Assembly (NCBI GenBank): GCA_030141605.1 | Contig: JAQGDQ010000046.1 | Location: 62,001 to 126,000, forward strand | Origin: Tubiluchus corallicola | Taxonomy: Eukaryota > Animalia > Priapulida | DNA length: 64,000 bases | Reading direction: 5' to 3' | In this document: positions 52,516-64,000 of the stretch, one piece after another | How the letters are laid out: each line of letters starts with the position of its first letter | Numbering within the stretch: the first letter of the stretch is position 1 | The notes under the pieces: generated by a model | Seen by the model: the letters and a program-made list of their open reading frames with translations, nothing else | The model's database searches: none | Told to the model about the DNA's origin: nothing | Position numbers and translations under genes: made by a program

Positions 52516-53030
52516 CTATGTAAAGTACAGGTTTTAATAAAGTTGTCTTGTTTTAACTATAAACAAAATTTAATACTGAAACTATACCATTTTTTAACAG
52601 TAATTGTTGTTTTTAGCAAATTTAAAAAAATTGATGCTCGTTTGGTGTATGCTGTTGATTGTAAGAATTAATAGAATAAATGGAAAACTACAACGCCCTT
52701 TCTTAACTAAACGAGACTATTGAAGAGACATTAGCCCATGTAATCTTTTCTTATCAATAGATGTCGCTATAAGCTTTGTATACAGTGTCGTGCTGACTGC
52801 TTAGCCTGCGCTTAAGATAGTGTTAAAAACTCTACTGAGCCAACTAAATAGAAATTAAGGTACATGTAACTTTAACTTATGGAGCCATTCAAGTTAGCCT
52901 GTATCAACATGAACATATTGCTCTGTGCTAAACTCTAACAATTTTGGAAATTTGGATACTTGTTGCTGTGTGCTTTGGCACTTTCCAAAACTAAGGCTTA
53001 TGTTTTATCTTTGCGAGGCTACTTATAAAG

Positions 53031-56000
53031 TCACTCTGCTTCTGCTTGACCAGCAGCTTCTGCGTCCGAAGATTCAAGTATTGAAGCGTCATTGTTTCCC
53101 TGAGCAGATCCAGAAGAATCAGATACCGGGAAAGTATTATTGTTTGCTCGTCTACGAGTGAAACTGGAACATATTCCTAGGACACAAGCCTGACAACCAT
53201 TACTTTCGTGAGCTTTTATTCTGTTACTATTCGTTGATAATCTTTTAGGCATCGTATTATGAGGTCTTCTCTTAAAAGTGCTTTGGTAGTAGTGCTGCCC
53301 CACCTCGCAACCAATATTATGAATAACCTGAAATAATTATTATAAATAGCTGAGTGTATTAATTAGGTAGTAACATAGTAAACTGTAATATTTCACTTAC
53401 ATGTTCCTGCATTATTCTGCATTATGTTCTTTCATTGGTAAATGCCAATGAAATTGACTCTCTGACATCGCACACTATATATAGTTCGATACAGTGGTTT
53501 TAGACCATGCAGTTTGCAAGGCAAAAATCAGATTCATTTTAACTTTTTTATGCAAACACTCAACGTCAAAATTCAAAGTGTAACGGCAATCTATGTTGTG
53601 AATTTTCCGTAGTAGTTGTCAAGATTTAGCAATTAACCAAGTTCCATCTACACATGCAGCTGGGCTAAGGTACAAACTATACAATCCACAAAAAAACGAG
53701 AAAAGCTTCTTTTATACCATAAAGTTAAAAAGAAACCAATAGAGAACACTGGAAATGCATCGTACATAATGCTTGCCTCAAAAATTTAAAATGTCGCCAC
53801 CAAAATGCAGGCAAAGTACGATTTTGGGGGCGACATTTTAAATTACTTCTGAGGCAAGTATTATAACTTGCCATTAGTTTACATATGGTATCACCTAAAA
53901 AAAATTTTGAAATATTTGTCAGTAGCAATTCGTAACCGGAAGTTGATACTGATGCGACGGAAGTTTTTACGGTGTAAACTTACCCTGTCCACCTCTTCAT
54001 GGTACCACATTGCATATTGAAAGTCTCTGCTCGGACATTTTGAACATTGTTGTCCAAACAATTTGAACATAACATAACCAATTCTTTCGTCACTTCTATT
54101 CAGAAGTTTGTAATAAAAAACCATAGCGCCTCTATAAGACGTCCAGTCATTTCCGCATTTCTGGAACATAAAACTTTTAATCAGAGACTTGACAAAACAT
54201 GTATATACGCTCTACGAACTGAAAATGAAATACTCAAACTGAACTTTTATAGTGATCACAACATAGACTGAAATAGTTAAACCGCAAAAGTTTCACCAGT
54301 TGGAAAACTTCAGTGAAGCTGAAAACAGCTGTGTAAATTTATATGTTTGATGAGCTGACTGAAATACCATTTATTGAAATTAATAAAACATAACAAAAGT
54401 TGGAAATGTTCAGTAAAGTGCTTGATAATTGTTTTTGAAATGCCTCATAATTCACAATGTGAAATTTAGAAAAAAAAAGAAAAATAGCGAAAGCATCCAC
54501 ACTGGCCAGATAATGTTCAAAAAAACTTGATTACCACCAAAGAAATTTTTTTAGTTAATCATAATTTACTGCACATGACGAATGGCATATAGAAGAGGAT
54601 GCACCTTTCGTACAATCTGTGCCTTCACCTCACATTCTAAATGGCCAAACGTGCATGTAATTGATGTTTGTAGTCAAAAACCACCAAAAAGTAAAAGCTA
54701 ACTTAGTATTGACTCAAGCAAAAAACCCAGTAGAACAAAGTAATAATCATGATGAATATGTTAAACAGCTTAAATAGAATCAGTGGCTCGTTATTAATTA
54801 TCAGAATCCAAGTATAGTAATAATGTACGAAGCGTCGTAGCTCGGTATCAGTAATAGTGAATGTGTTCTTTGAGTGATGTAGTTGATTATCGATTGTAGA
54901 CTTCTCTTAGAATAAGCACTATAATTATCGTCAGGTGTTGAAGTATAAAACACGAAGTCTAGTTTAGCATATGTGATCGTATAGTATATTATGTATAAAG
55001 TACACTAACGAACATCCACAATAATTCCATGAGGGCAGAAAAACGCCTTGTGCAGAGTGTATAGCAAAGCACTTGAGTCTACAAACTGACTGCTTTCCAG
55101 CAGATAATGCTGGTCTGAGACCCAATTCTGAGGCTAAACTTAGTTAACTTATGTCACACATCTAAAAATATCTATCCTTAGCAACACCTAACAACGAGCC
55201 TCTGCTGACCTGCCACCATAGTAACGTCCTCTGCTGCCGTGTCACAATGGAGACGGGCACTGGCACTATTTCTAAGTTACTGATGATTTTCCTTTAGGCC
55301 CAGTAATATAAGACATATCTCAATACACGTATGATTGGATAGTGTAACAGCTTCTAGCGTACTTCCGGTTGTAGGGTCACTGACTCTTAACCTTAAGTAT
55401 TATAATCTCACGCCAGCAGAGCGTTCACAGGCAGTTGCTCTGTGCACTTGGCGTATGTCCATAAGATACAGATGCAAACAGGCAAGCAGACTACGCAAAG
55501 CGTTTACAATACTGAAACGTTTGGCTGTTACTTCTTCAAAAGCTTTCATCAATACTTACGTTACATGTAAATCGGACCTTGGCATACTCTGGCTTAGGTC
55601 TCTTGTTCCAGCTTTCTCTGCTCTGGCCTAAATCTGCGCACTTGTTCGCTATATCAGACTCGCTCATGCTGGAGTGGACAGGAATCAAGTGCCACTGATC
55701 TGGGAACTGGGAAAAACATTTACTGAACTTCTGGTTCCATATATAACTCAGTTCCCTGTGAAAAATATTATTGGATTGCAGTGATGAAACAGACAGACAG
55801 AAATTTAATTGAAAAATAGCCGGGCTTTGCATTACGGATAAAATTTTCATTGCCAGCTACGTAAAATTTCAAAGTTGAAACGAAAGAAAAAAACTTGCTT
55901 ACATAAACAAATTAAACAAATGATAAAAACAGAGATGGGATACCGTACAAGATTCTAATTAAGTGATGGCCATTAATTACAACAATGCTGATTACGATAA

Positions 56001-57913
56001 ATGTCCAGTCAGTTAGCCTAAAAAGGGGACTGATTGGAAATAGCTACCAAACTTTCAGGAACGTTTCTTTAGGCCATTTTAACACCGTTTTGGACATTGT
56101 TATAAAATTTCGCATTTTGGCTCGCTGTCCCAGGAAACTAAAAGGTCACGTAACGGTCCTGCACTTTGGAGGCTTATAACTCCAAAACGTTCACAGACAG
56201 ACAGTTGGGTACTCTTAGCAGGTATGAATAGAAACTTATATGTGGGCTTTCATTTGGTAGTACAATTAGTGATCTGGGAACACAGAAAGCAGCCAAATTA
56301 TGTTATCAGTACCCTCTAACCCTTTCACAAAATCAAATATTTATACATAACTTGCAAGCGAAGTCACAAAATGTAACGAAATGTATTATGGACCAAGAGG
56401 AAATCAACCATTTGCTACAAGAATTTTGAGTCTAAGTTGTACGCCAGGGGCAGTGATGACGTCATCTACACCCCTGTCCCATGCACCAAATTTAGATAAT
56501 CTTATTTTTTGTCATGCATGTCATCTACAATAGTCATGCAAAGTGTGTTAATTATCTACACTAAGTAGGTTACATTCAGTCTGGGTGTGAGTCCCGTGAA
56601 CTGCATCATCAGCACCCTGTCCCAAACATCAGGGCTACTGTACTTGTAAATTTAATGGCCAGGTAACCGTTAATAATCATAAAATACATCAAATGGTAAT
56701 AAAAGAATGAAAAATTCGTGCCCAGCTTTTTTGTCCAATAGCTAGTTAGCATCGTGACATCATTAAAGGCTTTATTGTTAGTTATGGCAAAAATACTAAA
56801 ATGTTACAAGAATAGGCAAAATCACTAACTAATTACTCATGTGAAAAATGTATTTTATGCAGATGACCTACTCAGGCCATTAATTTCGCGAGTAAAGTAG
56901 CCTTGATGTTTGGGAAGGGTGCTGACGACGTCATAGTCCCGTATGGTCGTTCGCAGGACACGCCATCAGACTGAATGTAACTTACCTAGTGCAAGTAATT
57001 AACACACTTTTATGAATATAGATGACATATATGACAAAAAATTACTAAATTTGGTACATGGGACAGGGGGGTGCAGATTACGTCATCGCTGCCCCTCGCA
57101 TACAACTTAGAACCAAAATTCCTTTGATTTCCTATTGGTCCATAATACATTTCGTGACATTTTATGGCTTCGCTTGCAAGTTATGCACAAATAGAGGGTA
57201 CTTATAACGCAGTTTGGGTCACTTCATGTGTTCCTAGGTCACTTATCGTACTACCTAATGAAACCCCACATATAACTTCTTATTCGCCTCTGCTAATAGT
57301 AGCCATTTGTTAAACCAGCAGCTGTATCCAGTCAGTCCCCATTTCATCAAATTTTTTTAACAGATCGGACTATAATGAATAATGATAGTGACGATAAAGA
57401 AGTGATGATTATATGGTGATGATAAACAATGAAATTAAAGCACCAGCAAGCGCCCAGCACGTACATTATCTGTACGTACTTGAATTCATTCTTTATTTAA
57501 CTATAAAACATACACGATTTCATTTTATATAGTTTTCGTAAGTTAATTATTAATAATAGTAATAGCAATAATAATAACTTATAACCTAGATGAAAGAGAG
57601 GCTGCGATATGTTAGAATAAATAAACTAAACTAAACTATACTAATGTTTACTTGTCAGGAATACAATACAAGGTATCGAAAAAAAGAACAACTTTCTCGA
57701 AAAACAATATCTAATTTCTATTCTAATTCACATTTGTTGTATATATATGGTTAATAAGTTTATATACTATAGGTTTATATTATTATGACACTAATTTTCA
57801 AAGTAATGTCGTGTTGAACACACATATATTGGTGCATTATGTATTAAATCTATATTTTTAAACTAACCTTATTTATTTAACCCATATTGTTATTGTTTTT
57901 CTAATCCTTGTAC

Positions 57914-58010
<97 letters not shown>

Positions 58011-60275
58011 TCATTATCTGTTGCTCGCATGTACATAAATAGCTAGCAACTAACAGCATTGTTATTAAACAAGAGGTCGCTGCTTTTGAAAAAGGAAAGA
58101 CAATACAGTTTAACCATCCTCGCGAAGTTAGCTATATTTATGAACTTTGACAACTTTCTGAAATTAATACACGGATTAAATGCATTTGTGCATAGCTTCA
58201 GGACTTTGTACATGTACATCGATGTCCGTTATTTGTTCAACGCTAATTAAGCTGTATTTGATGTTTTCTGTTGTTTCAATATTGCATAGATACAGCGATT
58301 GATAAATGACATGGAGTCACAAGTCAGTGTAATAGTTCCCTCACAAAAGTCTAAATATAACACGCTTGTATAATGTATATCTTGTGCGAAGTTTCAAAGC
58401 GTAGGCGGTTTAAAGATATGAACCACTGTCAATTCTAAAGTTCACTCTCTTACACCACGTCATTAATTCTTGTTTGTGTAAATGATCCGGTAATAAAGTT
58501 GCGTGCAAATCACTGATTGGCTAAAGAAATAACCAGAGAATTTTGATTGGCTAAAACATAGCCAACAAAGTTTATCAATAGCGTATAGTTATATAGAATT
58601 TTGGTTTCCCAACAAAACAATTGTTTACAGATAGACAACTACAAAAACCTTCACACCTGGCGTGCAAGCAGTACTAAGTACAAAATACTCATGTTTTTGC
58701 ATCTAGAATCAAAAGTTTTAAAGGCATTATGCAATTTTATCGTAGGTCTGCTTTAACTTTCAATAATATCTTAAACTAGATTAATTCGTTTTAACTGCTG
58801 TAACTATAACAGGTCTACATATTTCATGTCGACCTTTGCTTCAAATCCTTCAGTCACTTCCACTGTGTCAGCGGTAAGGGCAATGCAGCTGTCTAGCGAT
58901 CCGGTGGATTGTTTAACTGTTTTATTTAGATTAATTTTGCCAAACACAAATAAAAACGCAGTGCTATGCTGTGTTCTTAGACGCATTTTCCAAATTGAGA
59001 AATCATTAGTTTTGACCCAAAGTTTATACTGTAATTCTGTGGAGAGATGCTCTCTCACAGTGATACAGTGATTATCATGTGATACTGTTTTGACTACTGA
59101 TTGGCTGAATTCCATGAGTTAGTTTTAAGACAACTTTTGTCTTGGTAGCTGTCTGACACAGCTTTGTTTGTGGACTTCGACATTTATAACTCCGCATTAT
59201 CCCATAGATTCACAGTTGGTCTTATACTGGACTAAACAATGGATAAATGGCTTTCCAGTCAGAAAATGCAAAAATTTCCATTTTCAGGGAAAATGTTACT
59301 CAATCTTTTTTGCCTTGGGACAGTCATACGTACTGCCTTCGCAATAACTAATTATAACGTTAACGTGAGCACTTACCGCGGGTCTTGGTTCGCCCGAGTA
59401 GGAACGATCAACAAAAATTCAGGAGTGACAGGTAGAGTATGCAGAGCAGGAACTGAAGGGGAATGTGGTAACTGGTTGACATTCGACTGTAGTAATGGCG
59501 TTTCTCCAGATGGTGGTGGTGGTGGCACATAAGATATAGACTGAAGGTTATGTAACCGTATTGGGTATACAGGTTCTGTAGAAACGCATATAGGTGCCAT
59601 ATGATTGAGTAACGACATTTGTAGGAAAGATTGATGTTGCTGAGGATACAGTTGTTGTGGATGAGGCATTGAGGGGAAAGGCAATGTTCCTTGGTAGAAG
59701 CATTGATTTCTATCCCAATCAGCGCCCAAACAGGTGCAATTGTTGTAGCAGCTACTGTTGAAATGACGTAGTCCATTTGTCCATTGTGTAAATGGTTGAT
59801 TCATCGAAACTATATGGAAGTTTTCTTGGTGTACAGCTTGTTGGGGATAAAAATACACTGCACCGTCACTGCCTCGAAATGAAACGATCTGTCCTAAAAA
59901 CAAAATTTGTGACATTAATCACTCAGTTCAAGACAAGATGGCGCTTTAAGTAACGTCTTTAATGTATTTATTGGGGCAAACTTTGCAACCAGTTTGAAAC
60001 CTCTTTTAAAGAATTTATTGATTTAAGAAAGGTGACACAGTCCCAAGAAAGAATTTACACTCTTGGCTCTGTGTCCACTCTGGCACCGTCTCCACTCTCT
60101 CTTTTCCTTCTTTTTCCCTCTCTTTCTTTCCCTCTTCTCTTGCGTTCTCTCTCCAATCCCCCCTCTCTCTCGCATCATCCATCCACCATCCTGTTGTTTT
60201 GTTTATTTATTAGCTAATTATCATACCTGCAGATTCCTCTTCATTGACGTGTAGTTTGCCGATGTACGGAGCCAT
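53031..60275 (-). CDS. 3CxxC-type zinc-finger protein (RTP/ZAR1-like domain), 411 aa, Pro/Gln-rich N-terminus, no TM
   Basis: Exons 60275-60227, 59893-59377, 55755-55560, 54160-53984, 53327-53031 (1236 nt; intron phases 1,2,0,0 all match). Domain: W...F...W.L...AKVRFTCNKCGNDWTS...F...FKLFGQQCSKC...HESNGCQACVLGIC, the zf-3CxxC pattern. A probable 5'UTR exon ends at 60399 (gtaag donor). Confidence 0.85.
56202..57309. repeat. Long imperfect inverted repeat (foldback-type element): ~450-bp arms, ~210-bp spacer
   Basis: Arms lie at ~56202-56662 and ~56875-57309. Examples: cataacttgcaagcgaag/cttcgcttgcaagttatg, aaatgtattatggacca/tggtccataatacattt, gttacattcagtctg/cagactgaatgtaac. Confidence 0.9.
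57914..58007. repeat. (AAT)n microsatellite, ~31 units
   Basis: Direct reading. Confidence 0.99.
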
Positions 60276-60437
60276 AGAATTACTCAACTTTTCTGAAAAT
60301 ATGTTGCCATTAGTTTATAAAAAGCAAGTAAACGAACGCATGCATAAAACTGCGCTCATTATTCAATAATACTAGTCACCTTATGCTCTTCAGCTTACTG
60401 CAAACCGGAATCCAGCACCAAAAGGCAGTATCTACTC

Positions 60438-60648
60438 ATCAAGACGTTTCTGGCCTGACTGAAACCAGGCTGATTATCAATGATAATACACCAAGTCTAA
60501 GATGAGCCACTAAACAGCAGCAGTATCTCAGCCATGCATGTTCGGAGGTAAACAGCTAAGATTTGCGAACGATACCGCCCAGAGTGAGTATTGAACCCAG
60601 ACAGCTATATTCCACTTGCATAAAGCGTCAGTCCACTCAGTTATCGCT
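60438..60648 (-). mobile_element. Degenerate tRNA-derived SINE head followed by a hammerhead-like remnant
   Basis: The minus strand reads GATAACTGAGTGG (A-box-like) ... GGGTTCAATACT (B-box-like) at tRNA-like spacing. About 100 nt downstream is TTGATAA-TCA-GCCTGG..TCAGGC-CA-GAAACGTC. Confidence 0.45.
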
Positions 60649-60904
60649 ATTAAACACTAAAATATGGTATGCAGACCTCAAATTGCTGATTGAAGTTACA
60701 ATACTAACAACATTTGTGACAATGACAATGACAATGACGATAACGATGCAACAGCAATAACGTAAATAGCTTAATGGTAAAAAGAAAATCAGAATTATCA
60801 AGCATCTTGGATAATTATTGTGTGGGGTTTAGACAGATGTCGCATAGTGAAAAATAAACTTATTCCACTCATGTAAATAAAAGCGTGTGCAGGTTTAAAA
60901 GGGT

Positions 60905-61647
60905 TCTTTGCGACGAACTTCTTACGAAACGTTCGTTGGACGCTTGTAATAGAAGACAACATTTTCCTTGAAGGGTCTATGTCCTTCGAAATTCATACAA
61001 CAATTACTTTTGCATTTTTCCGAATCGGATGTGCCGTTAATACCGCCATTTTGAATTTAAGACGGCAAATCGAAAATTCAACCTGTGAATCCATGTAGAA
61101 TTTGTTCTTACAGTAGAATTTCATCTGTTGATCCGTTGCAAATTGGCAGAGCCTTAAGCTTTTCGCTAGAATGACATTGATGCCATCTAGAGAATTCAAG
61201 ATGTTAAAAATCCGACTCCATCATCGTCATTAAAATTTGTTTTATCACATTTCGATAAATTTCATGGTGATTCAAAGCTTTGTTCGAAAATGGCGTTATC
61301 ACTGACATCTTGAATCTGAAATTGTGGTCCCAATTCCCAAAATCTGACTCCAACAATCAGCATGGGATTCGTCTTAATATAATATTATTTTATACAAAGT
61401 TGCAAAGAGTATGGCAAAGCCATAGACTCTTTTCTTAAATTATGTTTTTGCCCCATCTTGAATTCAAAATGGCGATGGACGAAGCAGAATTCATTCTAGT
61501 ATATTTCATGATGATCCCTTTGTGAATTCGCGGAGCCTTAGACATTTTTGAAAATGACGTTATTAATGCCATCTTGAAATCAAAATGGCGGATAGAAAAT
61601 TTTACTCCATCAGTTGATGGACGGATCCCCGTAGCCTACTTGTCTAG
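60905..61647 (+). mobile_element. Non-autonomous element with repeated palindromic GCCATCTTG-aatt-CAAAATGGC motifs; possible Helitron-type 3' end
   Basis: About 5 motif copies (~61045, 61182, 61306, 61453, 61568). A short hairpin ACGG-atcc-CCGT is followed by ...TACTTGTCTAG. Confidence 0.4.
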
Positions 61648-61949
61648 AAGATCTCTGTGAGACCAGGTCTGATGTTTCACTGATTAGTAGCATTATACTG
61701 GATGAAACCTCTATTACTCAGATGTTGAAGACATATAAAGCGAATACATAGGATAACTACTCTTGCAGATTCCCTAAAGGGTACAGCTAGAGCCAAGTGT
61801 GCTCTCAGCTTGTGTATGTCGTGCTAGCTTGAAACTTCATCCAGTGCAAATAAAAATAGTTTACAGCGGTGCATAATATAACAGGTAGTAATATCCTAAA
61901 TGTAGGGGAGTTCACACCCTACACCGCATTCTTCACAGGGTGGATTACC

Positions 61950-62650
61950 TTGTTCCAGTTTAGATCGAATGTATGGCACTCCTGAATAAGTCGAGAGCGC
62001 CAAGCTGGACTGTTGACTCTGGTAGATAGTTCCATTCCCTTGCGATGCACGGGAAAAAAGAGTGTAGGTGATAATTGCAAGAAGAATATGGCATGTTGTA
62101 TGCAAATGAAATTTCTGTACGTGAAGGAATAGAGTGGCATTGTGGCTGGAGAGGCATGTCGAGCTACCAGGTGTTGTGGATTTTGTAAAACACTGCGAAC
62201 CTAGCCATCCTGCATCTCTTGGCTAGTGGGCACCAGTTCAGCTCTGTCATGGCAGTCACACTTGATGTTCTCCTATAACAGTTCAAGGTAAACCTTCCAG
62301 CTCTTCTCGGAACTGATTCCAACTAAACCGACGGTGTGTGGATCCCAAACAGTCTGGCTATACTCAAGTGTCGGGTGCACCAGGCTCATTTATGCTAATT
62401 CCTTAATTTGTATGTTATTAACATCAGTATTTTGTCGTGAAAAGCCAAGAGTAGGGTTAGCTTTAGATGTAATCCGATCTTCGTGATCAATCCACCTGAT
62501 ATCACGAGGGATATTGACTGAGTCCACATGCATTTGCAGATGTCCCTGAAGCATATATTGGTATCTCACTGGGTTCCTTTTCCTTGTTATACTGATGACC
62601 TCACACTTGTCACAATGAAATTCTATCTTCCATTTGCTTGACCAGACCAT
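61950..62650 (-). mobile_element. Decayed CR1/L2-like LINE ORF2 3' fragment
   Basis: WSSKWKIEFHCDKCEVISITRKR...KANPTLGF...LVHPTLEYSQTVWDPH...HSFFPCIAREWNYLP, with stops and frameshifts. Confidence 0.88.
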
Positions 62651-63269
62651 ATCTTGGACATATCAAAAATGGTACAAAAACTACATAAGCCATGTTAAAT
62701 CTTACAAAATGCAAACTGATATTGTAATCATAGGTTGTTTCGAGCAATGCTGTATAATTTAGAAAAAAAATGCATTTTTGAAAAAACGCAAAAATGGAGA
62801 TAGCAGATTTCATCAGGAAGCCTACGTATTGTAACCTCAGCTTCTCCAGAGTATTAACTCTTAAGATCCTGTTGTTGATCAAATAATGACCGAAGTCAAT
62901 GTTTTCATAACTATTTTCCCAATCTAGCCTTATTATTGGTGCCATAGCGAAGATAAACAGTAACCTTATGGCAATCAATGCATGTGATGAACATTTATTA
63001 GGGTCTTTTTCCGTTACTGGCTCCATTTGGAGTAAACATTTTTTGATTTTCATGATGTGTAAAAAAATATGTGTGTGACGTCCGTGACGTCAGTCTGGAA
63101 TATAAGAACTACCGAGCAGCATTGGAACCCCTTCTAATATAGTTGAACTGTATTCTAGTATGATTTTGTTGCATTAATAGCTTAAGTTAGCTAATTACTT
63201 ATGTTAATTGAATGAGTCATTAGTTAATTACTCATTAAGCGAATTTACCTACTACAGTAAAGCAAGTTG

Positions 63270-64000
63270 TGACTGTACATATATGAGCATGCACATAGTT
63301 AGCTCTGGGAAGGGTCCCACCTCATACCTGTCCTAGATCTCCTTTACAAGAAAGTAAGTGATTGGTTATACGCTCAACTGAACAGGCTATCTGGCCAATG
63401 AATCGTCGTGTTAAAGGACAAGGTCATCCAGTTTTACCTGTTCTAGAAATTGAAACTAGGTTCAACACAGTGTGTCGAACGTGCTAAGCCAGTGAAGTCG
63501 TCGAATATGGCTTCCGACGAACACTTATTAACAATCGAAGTCAAGACTTAATTACTGTGGCGACAGAAAGTGATTAAAAGGGCACAGACACACCAAAGGG
63601 TTAGGTGTTCGAGCCGTGAGGCGGAAACACCAATAAACTGGCTGTTATTCGTTATTAGACGTACTGCTGTAAACGGAAATTCAGGAGATCCGGTGCAGAA
63701 ACAACCAGGTTATGACCAGACGTTGAACCAATGGTAGTTCCACGAGCTCCACGGGTCAGGACTCCACTGCACTACACTAGGATTGGTGAAGTAACCACTT
63801 ACGACTTCGGTACACCTGACAAGCATTGTAGAAGTGGCGACGTAAGATTCCACCCCCTGCTGAGCTTTGAAAGAGTAACTGCTCAAGATTCCACGAAGTT
63901 CGCATAACCGGTTAGTCACGTTATTCCAGCTTCCAGAGTGATGGAGAACGTCAAACGTTAGAATCCGACAGCTTCCGACTGCACTCACTACAACTGATAA
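63270..64000. mobile_element. Possible LTR or 5' region of a retroelement running off the window edge
   Basis: GC-richer non-coding segment with CCAAT-like motifs, AATAAA and TGGCGAC (PBS-like) strings. No recognisable ORF. Confidence 0.25.

Noticed and set aside
58804-59115. 103-aa minus-strand ORF in the 3CxxC intron, considered as an extra exon
   Set aside because: No phase-compatible splice sites or recognisable motif. Exons ending at 59377 and starting at 55755 already join in frame.
62610-63053. 147-aa minus-strand ORF
   Set aside because: AT-rich repeat-like sequence abutting the LINE fragment, with no protein motif.

Overview
AT-rich, intron-containing invertebrate (probably lophotrochozoan-type) genomic DNA. 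I reconstructed four protein-coding genes by hand from GT-AG junctions. (1) The 3' 19 exons of TSC2/tuberin (+, 210-15163). (2) A giant ~4,660-aa cysteine-rich type I membrane protein (+, 18500-32668). It is encoded almost entirely by one 13.3-kb exon and contains 2 EGF, ~48 WAP, 14 thyroglobulin type-1, 13 antistasin-like and 13 copies of a 6-Cys 'CPKLAKC' module in a higher-order super-repeat, ending in a TM helix and a PDZ-binding tail. (3) A complete 16-exon eIF3b (-, 49732-35600). (4) A 5-exon soluble 3CxxC zinc-finger (RTP/ZAR1-type) protein with a Pro/Gln-rich N-terminus (-, 60275-53031). Non-coding space holds a MITE with an 8-bp TSD, a 1.1-kb foldback, decayed Gypsy and CR1/L2-like LINE fragments, a tRNA-derived SINE, degenerate hammerhead-like motifs, microsatellites and duplicated splice junctions inside TSC2. 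The giant membrane-anchored WAP/TY/antistasin protein is the best candidate for an undescribed system. All domain calls are by visual motif recognition; no database search was run.
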